Source: Amoebophrya sp. A120
Lineage: Eukaryota; Protista; Dinoflagellata
Direction of reading: 5' to 3'
NCBI GenBank assembly: GCA_905178155.1
Contig: CAJINV010000008.1
Coordinates: forward strand, 1,612,001 to 1,676,000
Length of the DNA stretch: 64,000 nucleotides
The notes beneath the pieces are model-generated. The model did not search any database. It saw only the letters and a list, made by a program, of their open reading frames with translations, and had not been told where the DNA came from. This document shows positions 12,947 through 25,166 of this stretch, one piece after another (position 1 is the stretch's first letter; every line of letters starts with the position of its first letter). A program made the position numbers and the translations under genes.

Positions 12947-13963
12947 ATACATACACACATACACGCTCCACGCGGCTCTGCGAGAGGTTTGTGGTGCTCT
13001 AAATTTGACCCTGTCTCCCGGAAAGCGATCCACCCAACGTAGTACGGGCGAGCAAGGGTGTGAAGGAACCCTCTGCGTTCGTGATGTGGACGAACGCCGC
13101 AAGAGGTGAACAAGGATCCTGGAGGTGCCTGGGCCGCCCTTTGCTGGGGGGGGCGACTTAGAGCGCACCGGCGGGCTCTATATCCATGCTCCTGATGGCC
13201 GCGTCAATGCGTCTTCGCTACGAGCGTCGTGTTGATTGATTTTGCCACGATCTTTCAATGTCGGCGGCGGGCTACGATCCTTGTGCCGCGTGCATCGTGC
13301 ATCCTGCATTCTAGCGGATGCTACTGCTCCATCTCTCCACAGACAGAGAGAGGAGGGGGGGAATCTACTACGAGCAGGCCCCCCGATGCCAGGGGAGCCT
13401 CTACGGCAGCAACCCGGAGGGCAGACGCGGACGCACGGGAAAGGCGCAGGGCCCAGCCCTGCGAGGGCATTGCATGCGTCCACGCGTGTAAGTAAGAGCA
13501 ATGTGGGGCGCAGCCCAATCCTCCGGACGCGGGCCCATGGCTTTCTGGTGCTTGCTAGGTGGCAGGGAGGCGCATGGCAGTCGCGGGCCTTCGTGTCTTG
13601 CACATCTTTGCGCGCTCGCTGCGTGGCCCTGTATTGGCGTCCCGTTGTCGTATGCTCCGGGGCTGCACACGCAACCGATCGGATGCGACGGGCATGCCAC
13701 AGGGGAGGCTACAGGGGCGTGGGCAATGTTTTTAGACGCTGAAGGCGGCGCGCGATGGTCTAGCTGCGAGCTAGTCCTGCTGCGGCGAGCGTTCCACGGA
13801 CGGAACTAGGCCAGATGCTCCACAGGCCTCGCGTAGCTGAGGCGGATACATTGTCTCACTCTGAGCGCGTTGCCGGTCGGTCCTGGCATCTGCTGGGTCC
13901 TAAAGACAGACCAAGCACTTTTGTGCTCCGAGCACATGGGCTCCCTTCCCTACAAGGGCGGGA
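12947..13963 (-). mobile_element. ~1.0-kb retroposed insertion (truncated LINE or SINE-like) with 14-bp target-site duplication
   Basis: GAATGTCGAGAAAC at 12933-12946 and 13964-13977. GC-rich body with a (TGTA/TGTG)n-like tail at the left end (minus-strand 3' end). No recognisable protein domain. Confidence 0.75.
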
Positions 13964-14335
13964 GAATGTCGAGAAACGAAAAGTAGGCTCGTCTCCGATA
14001 TGTATCTATGTTAATCATATTTTCGGAGCTACGACAAGATATTGTGTCATCTTTTTATCGAAACTCTTAGTCTTACACATACACCACAAAGAGGGCTACA
14101 AATTCAAATGTTCGACCACGAAGGGATTTTTGCGCAGGTTGCAACCGCTGTCGTGTTTGTCCTGCTGGTGCTGCTGCATTTCATTTGAAGATCGATGTAA
14201 TAAATAAGTATGCCGCCTTGTCTTGGCGGCTTTCTTGGAAACCAAAAATCTTGATCTTTTTACTTGTCCCACTCCACCTAAGAAACGGTGGCAGAACTAC
14301 CTGAGCCAATCAATATGAAGTAAAGTCAAACAGCT

Positions 14336-17300
14336 TTATACTTCTTCATTTTCCAGCGTACAAAGTAGATCGTCCGCGAAACTGTGTTCGGGTCCTTCAA
14401 ATGTGACATTTACGCTTGTGTCGTACCAAAACGCCAGATACTTCGTAAACGATGCGGACGCGCGGCTCAACGGAAAGAGAGTGTTCGTCTCTGTGCTGCC
14501 CTTGACGTATTTGACTTCTTCCAGCTGCGCCAGCAATTGCCCAAGGTGGCGGGAGGCACATCGAAATCCGAATCCATGCAAGAACCACAGCAGGGACACT
14601 GGGTCCGTTCCGGCAGCCAACAGGGAGGTCGGCTGAAACTCGAGCCAGATGTGCTTGATCCTTCTTTTACGTAATAAGGTTTCGGCCCCCCGCAGTACAG
14701 AAAGCTCATATCCCTCGACGTCGATTTTCAGCAAAGAGATCTCGTCTACGTCTTGTAGTCGAGGGCGCAGCTCATCAATATCGCTTTCGATCTGATTCTG
14801 ATATTCCGCTTGAGAAGATGAAAATGCTCCACGACGACCCGCCTCGTTGACAGAGTGGTTGGAAACAAATACCTCGTGGTGAGAAGCAGAAGCTGCTACA
14901 TCAGAAAACGTAAAAAATGCATCGAGGGTCTCGACTTGCACGTCTTCGAAACTTGCACCCTCTGCGCGGCTCCCAAGGAAGTCTTGCTCGTGTAGGGAAG
15001 TGTAGTCGCCTCGGCGCTCGATGCGAACAGTTGTTTTCTCATCCCCAATAGCAAACGCAAAAAGGTGGTAGCGGTGTTTGTGCATGTTGCGTTTCTTTCC
15101 AACATCACACAGGTCCTCGTTTCCAACAAATTCGTTGACGAATTTCCGCCGCAAGTCTTCGCAGAAATTTCGACGCGGGCACTTGTTCCAGCGGTACCCA
15201 TAAAAATATGTCTTCGCTTGATTGCGATTGCCAGAGTCTTCTTGCCGTTGCCCTTGTTCAACCGCATGCTCTGGCGCTGGCTTCGCGGATTGAGGTTCAA
15301 GATACCCAGCGGGAAACTCAACAGCAGCAGGCATGAATTCCATACGAAATACGTCATTTAAAATGTAATTTGCTCGGTCGTCGCGCTGCAACGGAAAAAC
15401 TGAGGCGCTGCTCGCGGCGCTTTGAGCTTCCTTCGCCTGGACATCCTGGGCCGACGTTATCTCCTCTGTAAGATAACCTAGATCTGAATCTTCGTGACCG
15501 TCGTGCATTTTGACGTTACAGGTTCCATACACCCTCAAGGTTTTTTCAACGAACTGTCTACGATTTTCGGCCACCGGCTCAAAGCCAATAGTCTGAAAAC
15601 CGGCCTCAATCGCCGCCGCAGCCCAGTCGCCACCGTCGAAAACGCCAACATCCACGATCAACGGCGGTGTCGTTGTACTAGCGCGCTTTTTGGCAGAATC
15701 CAGTGTCTTGAGACTACTTCTTCGTCGCTTCTCCTGTGCTCTCTGTTCATCGGGAAACAAAAACTGCAGCATCGAAAAGGCGTTGTCGCTGTGGGCCGGA
15801 TCCAGCACTGCGATTTTGGGGTCTTCCTGCAACATACGGCTCTTGTTGTGTCTGTTTTCCTCCGTGTCTGGGACTGGGTCTGCGCTCGCGGATGACAATG
15901 ACGAAACGGTGTACCGCGGTTGGGGTTTGAACTCTAGCGCGTGAATCTGGTCGTAGGCGAAAGTCGTAAGGTTCCAGCGCACTTGCTGCTCCTCCTGCTC
16001 GTCGCGGATCCGCCCCGGGCGAAACTTGCCCCACTTTATGAGTTCTTTTGCGAGCAGAAGGCCGATCTTCCCGAAAGGAAATTTGAAAAAGTGGAGTTGC
16101 AGTGGGTAGTCCGCAATTTCCGCCTGAATCCAGCCTAGTGGCGATTGGAGGCGGGTCACAGAGGACGCAACTAACCGAAAGACGGAAGGAATTATAGCAG
16201 CGCCATTGGTTCGCCGGATTGCATGGGTAACGTCGCTTGCATGTTGGCCTGGTAGTCCCAGAGATTTTGCGATGAGCTTCTGAATGTCGTCCTGGTCATA
16301 TGGATTGTAAGTAAAAATGTCTGGGTCTGGAAGATTAGAACTTGTAATGCTAGCTTTCCATACCTAGAAAATCTGTATTGCATAACCAACAAAAGTCGCA
16401 GCCTCTTTTGTCATGCAAAAACGCAGTCTCTCATGCGGATTGCCTATGACAAAGCGTTTTGGGAAGTTGTCATGCCGGACTGCATTCGGAAGTGTTTTCA
16501 TCATGCACATTTTAGCATCACAAGCTTCCAGACCCAGACATTTTTACATTTGATAGGTCATCTACCGGGACAAAAAGTCTGTGGTGCAGTTCGATCAGGA
16601 AAAAGATGAACGCGAGAAAGCCAGCCCAACACGTTTTCCGAAATCGAAAATACCACGAACGCAACAGAAACAGAGGCAGCCTTGAAGTTTCTGAAAAGAG
16701 ACCAGGGATATCCACTGCAGGTTGTACACGGCTGGCTTCTGGATCTTCGCGAGTGATGTAGTAAGGCTCGTCAGCGGCGCTCCCACCCAAGACACCGCTT
16801 GCAATTTCGGCCGCATTTCTTGACCGCAGAGAAGCAGCCAAATTAGCTTGCGAATCCCTGTGTGCTTCATCTTGTTGTGCCATGTCGTCCTTTGCCCAGC
16901 TGTTTTTTCGCTCTTCAACATTTCCGGCTCCGGATGATGAAGCAGTTCGTCCTTCTCGCCCAACAACTTGTTCATCACGTTCCTGTTCTAGCTGCTGGCT
17001 CAGCCGGTGGTAGCCTTTGCTAAGAAGTCGGGGAAGCTTTTTCCACACCTCGTGTGCACACTGTGGTCGTGCGATTTCGGGATTCTCCATCGCCTCCCGG
17101 AGGGGCGCAGAGGGGGGAGCTGCGTAAAAGTTCTGCTTTTCATGATAGATACCGTGCTGGTACAACCAATAAACGTTCTTGCTGGTCAAGGCCGGAGCAG
17201 GCGCCTTCGGTAACGGTAACTCGGCGATGGCGAAAGTGACTCGCTGGATATTACCGCAGGACCAAAGAAATAGAAGCGAGATCATGAAACGGAGAGACGG

Positions 17301-17408
17301 CGAATATCTCGCTGACGAGTCAGCATGTATCCGCCGCATTTTTGGCGTTGTTCTCAACAACTGACAAAATACGCGCAATAGTGCAGCCTTGTAGCAGCTG
17401 TTTTCCAT
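14336..17408 (-). CDS. FkbM-family (Methyltransf_21) SAM-dependent methyltransferase with N-terminal hydrophobic segments; 2 exons, ~936 aa
   Basis: Motifs IVDVGVFDGG, GFEPV, VQVETLD and ISLLKIDVEGYELSVLRGA. Exons 17408-16556 and 16293-14336 join as PVDD|QDDIQK..SSVTRLQSP, total 2811 nt. Confidence 0.85.
16299..16555. mobile_element. Family-A introner/MITE (257 bp), perfect 5-bp TSD GGTCA
   Basis: TIR core GTAAAAATGTCTGGGTCTGGAAG / CTTCCAGACCCAGACATTTTTAC, TA termini, GGTCA at 16294 and 16556. Confidence 0.95.
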
Positions 17409-18055
17409 GTCGATGGCTTAGGTCTCAGATGATATTGCTGGGTCGGCCCATGCTTGTATAGTATTCCGGTGTAGTACGGGCGGTGGCATGACATGATGTT
17501 TTTGGTCGTGTTGCTTCATCAAATTAATACGTCGTCATCAACACAATGACGTAGCCTGCCGTGGAGTTTGAGCAAACCCACAAGGAAAAACGAGAAACGC
17601 ATCAAAAGCAATCATCTCGTTTTCGAAAGACAAAGAAAACACCACGAATGATGAAATGATGATCACAGATGTGCACATTGCAACAACGTCAAAGCTGAAC
17701 AGGTTGATCGCGGTCATCGACCGAACAGGGTCCAAGTTCCATCAGGACGATGTAGCCATAAGAACCAACTCGTCCGCATAGTGCTCGATGTGCTTCCTTT
17801 TGCTTTTCACTGTCGTTTTCTTTTATTTCACCTCATTCTTGCGTCGCTTTCTTAATCGTAGATACTCGGGGAGGTTCGTCGCTGAAAATAGTTAGATCTA
17901 CATATGGAATCAGGTTCGCCGCTGCAGTTACGTGTAGGTACAACAGGTAGACTAGGCTAGGGAACCCCTAGAAAGAAATAAACGAACTAAATCAGTCACT
18001 TTTTACAACTTGTTGTCGGCGTTTTATATGTGCTTGTAAGAAGACTGGTCGACGG

Positions 18056-21000
18056 TCAACTTCTTGGAGGTACTTCGCTGATTTTGAACTGCAACAAAAT
18101 CCAGGCGTCCAGAGCAGCGTAGGCTCTTTGCTTTTCTGTCAGAGGACGTCGGCACCAGTCGCTTCGCTGGTGCGTCTTATCGAGAAAAAGACCAAGTTCC
18201 TCCCGCGCTTTCCGGGCCAGGCCAGTGCGTCGATCCTGTCCTTGTAAGTCGATCGCCAACGAACGCGGGAACTGGGTGTCTGGCCTGCCATCTGCAAAGG
18301 CAGCTTGCTTCTCGAGTCGGCGAAGAACTTCGAGCGATTCGACCTCCTTGAAACAGTCAGTCGCTTCGCTGGCAAAAGGCCGGTCCGTCGAGCGGTCTTT
18401 GCTAGTAGTTCTTGCGATGGGAATAGAATTTTTTGCCTTGTTCATCTGCTCAATAAAAGTAGCTCGCAGTCGTCGGAAGTCTTGTTGAAACGAAAATCCC
18501 AAGATGATCAGCTTTTGACTTGCAAGATTTGCCAAAACTTGGGTTTGAAAGGCCTTGCAATGCTCGGGGTTCAGGAAGTCATACAGAAAGACTTTCTCTT
18601 GCGACACCGCGACCTGTGCGAGTGCGATTCCGTTTTCGACTTGAGGATGAAGACGCGTTTCTTGCTGGACCACGGTAACATCTTCTGCATCGTCTCCATC
18701 GTGCGTGCTTTTCTTGTTTTTCCTCCTCCGGGAGCTGCAGCTGCCTCCGCCTCCCCATTCGCAATCAAGCGCGATCACTTTTTGTGTTTGCAGCTGTTCT
18801 TTCTCGAGCGTCTGAGTCGCGGAGTCTGAAAAATTGCCAGTACCGACCAAGTTGAGGAAGTCTGCCGCAGTCAAATCTGGGTCGCAGTCGAGCACTTGCA
18901 CAGTGTCCGGGAGTGCAAAATATGATCTCGGTGCCGATGCCGCATTTCCATTTTCGTAGTTGCGGGTGTGGTCACTGTTGTTCAGAGCACCGTCTTCACG
19001 AAAACCGTCAGGCTCGTCCCTGACGTGCTCGTCCGCACTGTCGAAAAGAAGCTCCGCTCCGCGTGCGCGGTCCCGGTCGCCACAAGCTGTCGCTTTTTTT
19101 CTTCGTTTCGCCCGCCTTCCCGTGCCCTTTTTTTGACCGATTCCCAGGTCCGGGCAGACTGCACCAAGAAACTCGCGAAGGCCCTCTGTTGCAATCTTCA
19201 ACGCGTTGGTGTTATCGGTTGAAGGTGGTCGTGGAGAGGAGGAGTTGCAAGGAGCTTCTACGACGTGATCCTGTCCTCCTGCACTCAGAGCTTCAGCCGC
19301 TGTGGTGCGTGCTCCAGCGGCGTCCAAATTTTCAGCCTCGGCCTTCATCTTCGACGCAAGCAGCGCTGTGCTGCTGCGCCAGACCTCCAGTGCAGCATCG
19401 ACGCCCACGGCGTTCTGAAATTGGAATTCGACCGGCATGTCGAATTCCAGCGCACGGCATGCCTTTACCAGCACTTTTAGCCCGAGGTGATTGGAAAATG
19501 CATGGCTCGGCGCGCTGAAAGGTGAAGCACTGCATCCGCCTGACAATGACGAAAGCCGCAAATCCGAAAGCACAAACTCACCGAGTCCTAAAGACAAAGG
19601 CTTTTTATTCATCTCCTTCTCGTCCACAGGTAAGTCATTTTCACATAATGTTGTTCCACCCACTGCTCTTGCCTTAGAACAAATGTCCGCCCAACTAGTG
19701 CCTGTTTCCACATTTTTCGGTGCAGGTGCAGTCAAATGCTTGCAGGCTTCGCCGGCAGTTATTTCTTCGTCCAGCATCTGCAAAAGCGTAGCAACCGTAG
19801 CGCTGTATGTTGCGATGACTAGCTGGATGAAATTTGCGTGCCACCCGGGCGCATGATTTTTTTCCTTTCTGTTTCTGTCACCAGTTGTTCGCTTTCGTAA
19901 TTGTTCTAGATGCGCTTCCCATTCAGTGTGCTTTGTCTGAACCTGGCGCCATCGTGAAAAGCCATCGCACAAGAGGTGTCCTAATTCGATCTTTGCAAAA
20001 CCGCGACTACCACTCGTGCCCACGACTCCGTCTGCAGCCGGTGGTGGTGCGCCTTCTTGCATACGATCGAGCTCCACGAGCAAAACCCCCAATGCTTCCG
20101 AAGCCATGCAGAAGCCAGCTTTCTCCAGACAAGCAAAGAAGTATGTGATAGCCGTGGCGCTGTTGAAGTTGGACAGATGCGGATGCGCAGAAAGCCGAGG
20201 CTTTGTCTTGCTAGTACAACCTTCGGATAATTGCGCTACTTGCCTCCCGTGCGGTTGAGAACCGTCGTGCTGGTCTGCGTCACAAGGATTCTGTCTCCGC
20301 TCAATCAAACTGTGCAGCGCAGCTTTCACCCAAGCTTGATGGTTTCCTGATGATGATGAATACAGCGAGCATTTATTCGGTTCTTGTGGCAGTCTGGTGC
20401 TCGCACAACTTGTATTAGCATGATCAGACGAAGAACAGGAGGAAGAAATATGAATATCGCCGTTGCCTTCGACTCTTTCCATTCCCTCGAGCACTTCTAA
20501 CGGAACATCCAAAGGATGCGTAGGTCGTGGCGGCATATAAAGAAACGCAGCTGCTCGAGCCGTGACGCAATCGGATTGGGCAATTACTGCACTTCTGCAA
20601 GAGCGCAGGATATCGGTGACATTTTTCTGCTTAGCGCAAGAATTTGTATTTGACCTTGCGACGTTCTCCGAAATAAGCTTGTTTCTGCTTTGGGTCACAT
20701 TGGCCTTGCTTGTTGTAGAACAAGTTGAGCTCGTATGGTCGGAAAGAATCAGGCTTCCCAGGTACTGCTGTATTGCGGCGAGGCTGTCGCAGTCTTCGAG
20801 TCGAGGTGTCGAATCGGCGGTCGCGTTGTTCTTCGAGGAAGTGCACGTTGTCTCCCACTTTTTTGGGAGGACGACGCCGCGAATCGTCTCTTGCCAGAAC
20901 GTCGCAGGTGTGCTTCCCGTTCTTGTAGCTGCCGCATCGCGCCTGCTGTTTTCGTCTTGTGGGGCGCAGGAAACTACCTGCTGTTCTTCCATGCCGCTGA

Positions 21001-22828
21001 TGAAGAGCGGGTTTCTCGGGTGAGTTTTCTGGTACTCCGCGATCGCCAGGATTGCGTTCGCCGTGCTTAGCAGAGGCAAGGGATCAAGCGAGATGCGCGA
21101 GTCGCCTTTTAGCTGCTGGCCGTCCGGAGAGTAGCACGGGCTCAGCCAATAGCGCTTGTGCAGAAGCAGCACCCATCGGTAGGGTTTATGATCTACTTCC
21201 TTGTCCTTAAGCTCGCGCAAATCCGTTTCGAAGTTCTTCGTCCAGAAACCACTACAAAAGGCTTTCGAGCCCTTTTGTGCTGCGGGGGCAAGAAACTCGT
21301 AGGATAGCGGATCCACATCTTGCTGCTCATCTCCTTCTTGCTCCTGTCGTGACAAAAACGCGGTTTGCTGCCAATCGCGAAAGGACCAAAATACCCAACC
21401 GCGCAGGAGTAGTGCACTTTCCAGGTGCGCTGTTGTAGCTACACTGTGACCGTCGGTTTTCAGCTTTATTTCTCTCCATTTCTCCTGCACCTCCTGGATT
21501 CGCTCGTGGTAGTCTAACAACCGCCACAGGAGGCTTTCGTACAGAAAGGCGCCGTTGGAGCGTGCGGCAAGCACGAAGCGCTCATCCTCTCGCCGAATTT
21601 TTAAGTTGGACGACGAGTCGGCCGCAGCCGGGATGTCGGTGTCCTCGCTCAAACGCGACATCTCTGGTGCAATACTGCAGTGGATAGCAGACTCGACATG
21701 CAGCGTAGTTGTTTCTTGGCTCGTCCGAGAAGAATGGTCAGCAGGTGGTTCCGCTCGTGGGATCATTTTTGTCGAGTCAGAAACATCGTTGCAGGCGCGC
21801 TGCTCTACAACTCGCTTTACCTCCTCACTTGACCTTGAAGCTTCAGGAACAAATAAATCCCAAGAACGACCGCCCGACGGACGCGGAAGACTCGTCTGCC
21901 GATTTTTGCATGCATCATCAAAAGCGTTTCTGCGCGTCCTCAACAGGAATCTCGGCACCACGTCGTCGCCGAGATCGCGTCTGGAGATACAGTTCTCGAA
22001 AAAAACGGGGCAGTTGGAAAAAAAATACTCGAGCAGCCGACTGAAGTAGTAACCCAAGCGTATGTGGTGCTTCTCCTGCAACAGAAAATTTACCAGGTCG
22101 GACGCTCCGCGACAATCGCAATTCGAATTGTCTGTTGTACTTGTAACTCCCTCTGCGCAATGGACCGTGATTTGCTTTGCAGCAGCCTCCGTGTCGCTTG
22201 TTTGGGCCATGAATAGCACTTCATGTTGACGCAGGGCTGCTTCTTCCTGAGAACCACTTCGACTTGTATTCAAGTCCACGGTCTGCCTTTTTCGAGTGCC
22301 GGTATCTTGCAGCTCCAGGATCACATAATTTAGGTCGGAAGTACAGCAGGTCGTCGATGTAGAAGAGGCCAGGTCCTGGTCCTCTGTTTTAGAAAATGAC
22401 AATGAGGAATTCCGGCCATCCTCATCGTGCAACTGCAGGCGCAGGGACTCCTGTTGCTGCCCGAACGAGTTCACCACGGTCTCGTTCTCTTCTTCCTCCC
22501 GATGTTGAAGATCGTTGCAGTCTCCATCTTTATGTGAATGTGATATGATGTTGCCTCCTGCGCCTCGTGTTATTGAAAGCGAATTCGGATAGTTTGTCGC
22601 GCTGTCTGTATCTAGCCGATGCAGCCAGTCAAGCACTTCCTCATTTTGCACAATTTTTGCCGCCCACTTGTCTTCAAACAGCGGCAAGTAGTCTTGGTTT
22701 TCGGAGCTGAGCAGGTGCGGGCTGGCAATACAGGAGTACAGGTCGCGTACAACTTGTGTCTGGAAGAAAGGCGTGGCGGGAAGTTTTTGCTTCAAGTTTT
22801 TTGTGTAATTCCTCTCGTCCGGTGTCAT
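18056..22828 (-). CDS. Large protein with C-terminal DEDDy 3'-5' exonuclease (Mut-7/EXD3-like), single exon, 1590 aa
   Basis: IALDCEW, ALAQVA, LGFSFQQDFRRL, IDLQ, GL..LG..LDK..QRSDW.RRPLT..Q..YAALDAWIL. Confidence 0.85.
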   Translation of the reverse strand: MTPDERNYTKNLKQKLPATPFFQTQVVRDLYSCIASPHLLSSENQDYLPLFEDKWAAKIVQNEEVLDWLHRLDTDSATNYPNSLSITRGAGGNIISHSHKDGDCNDLQHREEEENETVVNSFGQQQESLRLQLHDEDGRNSSLSFSKTEDQDLASSTSTTCCTSDLNYVILELQDTGTRKRQTVDLNTSRSGSQEEAALRQHEVLFMAQTSDTEAAAKQITVHCAEGVTSTTDNSNCDCRGASDLVNFLLQEKHHIRLGYYFSRLLEYFFSNCPVFFENCISRRDLGDDVVPRFLLRTRRNAFDDACKNRQTSLPRPSGGRSWDLFVPEASRSSEEVKRVVEQRACNDVSDSTKMIPRAEPPADHSSRTSQETTTLHVESAIHCSIAPEMSRLSEDTDIPAAADSSSNLKIRREDERFVLAARSNGAFLYESLLWRLLDYHERIQEVQEKWREIKLKTDGHSVATTAHLESALLLRGWVFWSFRDWQQTAFLSRQEQEGDEQQDVDPLSYEFLAPAAQKGSKAFCSGFWTKNFETDLRELKDKEVDHKPYRWVLLLHKRYWLSPCYSPDGQQLKGDSRISLDPLPLLSTANAILAIAEYQKTHPRNPLFISGMEEQQVVSCAPQDENSRRDAAATRTGSTPATFWQETIRGVVLPKKWETTCTSSKNNATADSTPRLEDCDSLAAIQQYLGSLILSDHTSSTCSTTSKANVTQSRNKLISENVARSNTNSCAKQKNVTDILRSCRSAVIAQSDCVTARAAAFLYMPPRPTHPLDVPLEVLEGMERVEGNGDIHISSSCSSSDHANTSCASTRLPQEPNKCSLYSSSSGNHQAWVKAALHSLIERRQNPCDADQHDGSQPHGRQVAQLSEGCTSKTKPRLSAHPHLSNFNSATAITYFFACLEKAGFCMASEALGVLLVELDRMQEGAPPPAADGVVGTSGSRGFAKIELGHLLCDGFSRWRQVQTKHTEWEAHLEQLRKRTTGDRNRKEKNHAPGWHANFIQLVIATYSATVATLLQMLDEEITAGEACKHLTAPAPKNVETGTSWADICSKARAVGGTTLCENDLPVDEKEMNKKPLSLGLGEFVLSDLRLSSLSGGCSASPFSAPSHAFSNHLGLKVLVKACRALEFDMPVEFQFQNAVGVDAALEVWRSSTALLASKMKAEAENLDAAGARTTAAEALSAGGQDHVVEAPCNSSSPRPPSTDNTNALKIATEGLREFLGAVCPDLGIGQKKGTGRRAKRRKKATACGDRDRARGAELLFDSADEHVRDEPDGFREDGALNNSDHTRNYENGNAASAPRSYFALPDTVQVLDCDPDLTAADFLNLVGTGNFSDSATQTLEKEQLQTQKVIALDCEWGGGGSCSSRRRKNKKSTHDGDDAEDVTVVQQETRLHPQVENGIALAQVAVSQEKVFLYDFLNPEHCKAFQTQVLANLASQKLIILGFSFQQDFRRLRATFIEQMNKAKNSIPIARTTSKDRSTDRPFASEATDCFKEVESLEVLRRLEKQAAFADGRPDTQFPRSLAIDLQGQDRRTGLARKAREELGLFLDKTHQRSDWCRRPLTEKQRAYAALDAWILLQFKISEVPPRS

Positions 22829-25166
22829 GGTGTTTTTCTTTTTCTTTGCTTGATTGCGATTGCCCTATGGCATTTATTAAAACGAAAATCACAGGCAAAG
22901 ATAGACTACAGACGAAAGAGAAAATAGCAATAGAACCAATCACTCGGCACAACAAGCCAAGCCAGCAACATCTTCAACACCAGAATGAGACACGTTTAGA
23001 GACGTAAAAAAACGCGAAAATTGAAATTCAAAAATTCGCAATAAGAATAACTTACTCCATCTTCAAGTTGTAGTCAGTTCCTGCGCTTCAGAACAAGACA
23101 AGGTACTGAGGTCCATCCTCATAATACAACAAGTCTTTCACTTCATACTTGTTACGAGTTCCGATCGCGATCAACTTTGTATGCTATAACTGAGCAGGTA
23201 CTGGTGGGCGTGGGTTTCGCCGTCGATCTTCATGATCCATCGGTCGAGCACATATCTCATCTCACTGAAGTATGATCCCTGGGCCTGGACCTGTATTTTT
23301 TGTGCAACAAAGAACTGTTGGGGGAAGGGAACTGTCAGTCGCAACTCCGAACCTAAACATTAAAAATCCTCGCGATTGTATTTACAAATACATACTACAC
23401 TGCATCGGCAGGGCAAATATTTCTTGTCCTCGGAGATGCGACCTGCGTGCGTATTTTTGTTCTTCAAACTTGTCCACATCCAGTTCAAAGCAGACATGAA
23501 CGGCTGCAGGGTACACAGGACATATTTGGAAAGAACGGCTTAATATCATCGACTGGAGCAAACAATACTAGCATCCCGGTAAGTTGGTCGCCTTAATTTT
23601 CCGATGTGATGAATGTGAAAATCTTCACGTTGTACTTATTCGATTTCGGAAGTTGAACACGGGGTGACTATGATGAAGAGCCCGGGAGCAGGAAAAATCG
23701 TCGATGTAATCCTTGCCCGCCAGATTCTGTCTCACCGTCTGCCAAAGTAGAAGTGAATGATCTACAGCGGTAGCACTGTTTCGGTGTCGCTCAGCTGCAC
23801 CCTTCATGTGTGCTGATCGGCTTTCTTATTGTCATTCTTTTCAATTTTCTAAAATCAATACCATGTTGCATTTCAGTCTCACAGATTCTGCAGCTCGGGC
23901 ACTGACTGCATCAACCTACGCGGCCCCACTTTTTCACTCTAGGAACTTCAACTTCCTTTCTGGTTTGCAGTTGCACTTGCACAACAATATCGTAGTGGAA
24001 GTGAAAATAGACACCATCGCGATGATGTGTATCATAGCGGGTACGTAGAAGGTACGAATGCGAAAACAAGGTGGACGTCTGCTACTAGCAGGTCTATTGG
24101 GATATTGGATTTGGATGTTCATCCTTGGATTTGCAGCTTTTACCCAAAATAAATATACTTAGACCCAACTTCGCAGGGTACCCAGATGAGGATGGCACGC
24201 AGGAACAAAAAATAAAGTAACAGATTCAGATATTTTTGCAAGTAATCAGCTTTATTCTTTATTTGGTTTTCGTTTTTTGTTTGGATTCTGCTATTCCGAA
24301 TGTAAAACAAAACGCAATAGCAGAGACAAATACTCCGAAGCATTTCTCGAATAAAATTTCTTCAATGCATCACGACAGAAACAGCTTAGCGTCTAGATGA
24401 ACGTTAACCACGCTCTACTGAAAGAAAATAAGAGTAATATAACCACTTCTACGGAAAAATCAAAGGAACGTGGCACAGTGACGCAGATTCGGCGCATTAT
24501 AATATCCTCGAGTCGTCCTCGTCCGACTCAACGGAAATTAGGGATGCATCCGATCCGTTCGTCCAACCACCTGCACATAACGAGAATGAATCTTGTGTGC
24601 AAGTGTAGAAAGTAGTAGAAGGCCGATAAATATGTACGTTTCCATTTGACTCCCCACCATTTTTAGAGAGAATGAAATCACTAGCTACCGGCCCAAAAAA
24701 GCGAAATACTTACATCAATATTCGCCTCACAACTAGAGAATGCCTTGGTGTTCTTCTTCACAGCAGACTGTCTCCACTTGTTGACATTCACTAGAAGATA
24801 CACATCCGACATAAAGAAGCTTTCCGAACCGAACGACAAATGAAGCAGCGGATGATCCGGAAGATGAATTATATGCTCACGTTCATCAGCTTTTTATTTC
24901 TAGCTCTAATCCTGCTTGATTGACATAGTCATTTTGTGGGTTCATCTTCTTGCACTACAGTCGTGCGCGTGCCCCCACCCACGAAAATCGAGTACCGAAT
25001 CCAACTCGAATTTTTGGTAGAGATAGGTGGTGGAGTAGACGAAAGATAAAAAGATATATACATTTGCATGCTTACCTGTACCCACTGGAAGATATCAGTA
25101 CATTTGTTGATCCCGGTAGCTTTTATGCTACTTAAGTTCACTTCCGACACTGTGTAAAGTAGGTAG

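Noticed and set aside
16294-16560. GT..AG pair on the plus strand of the 16299 element
   Set aside because: It is on the antisense strand of the host gene and arises by chance from the GGTCA TSD. Other copies lack it.
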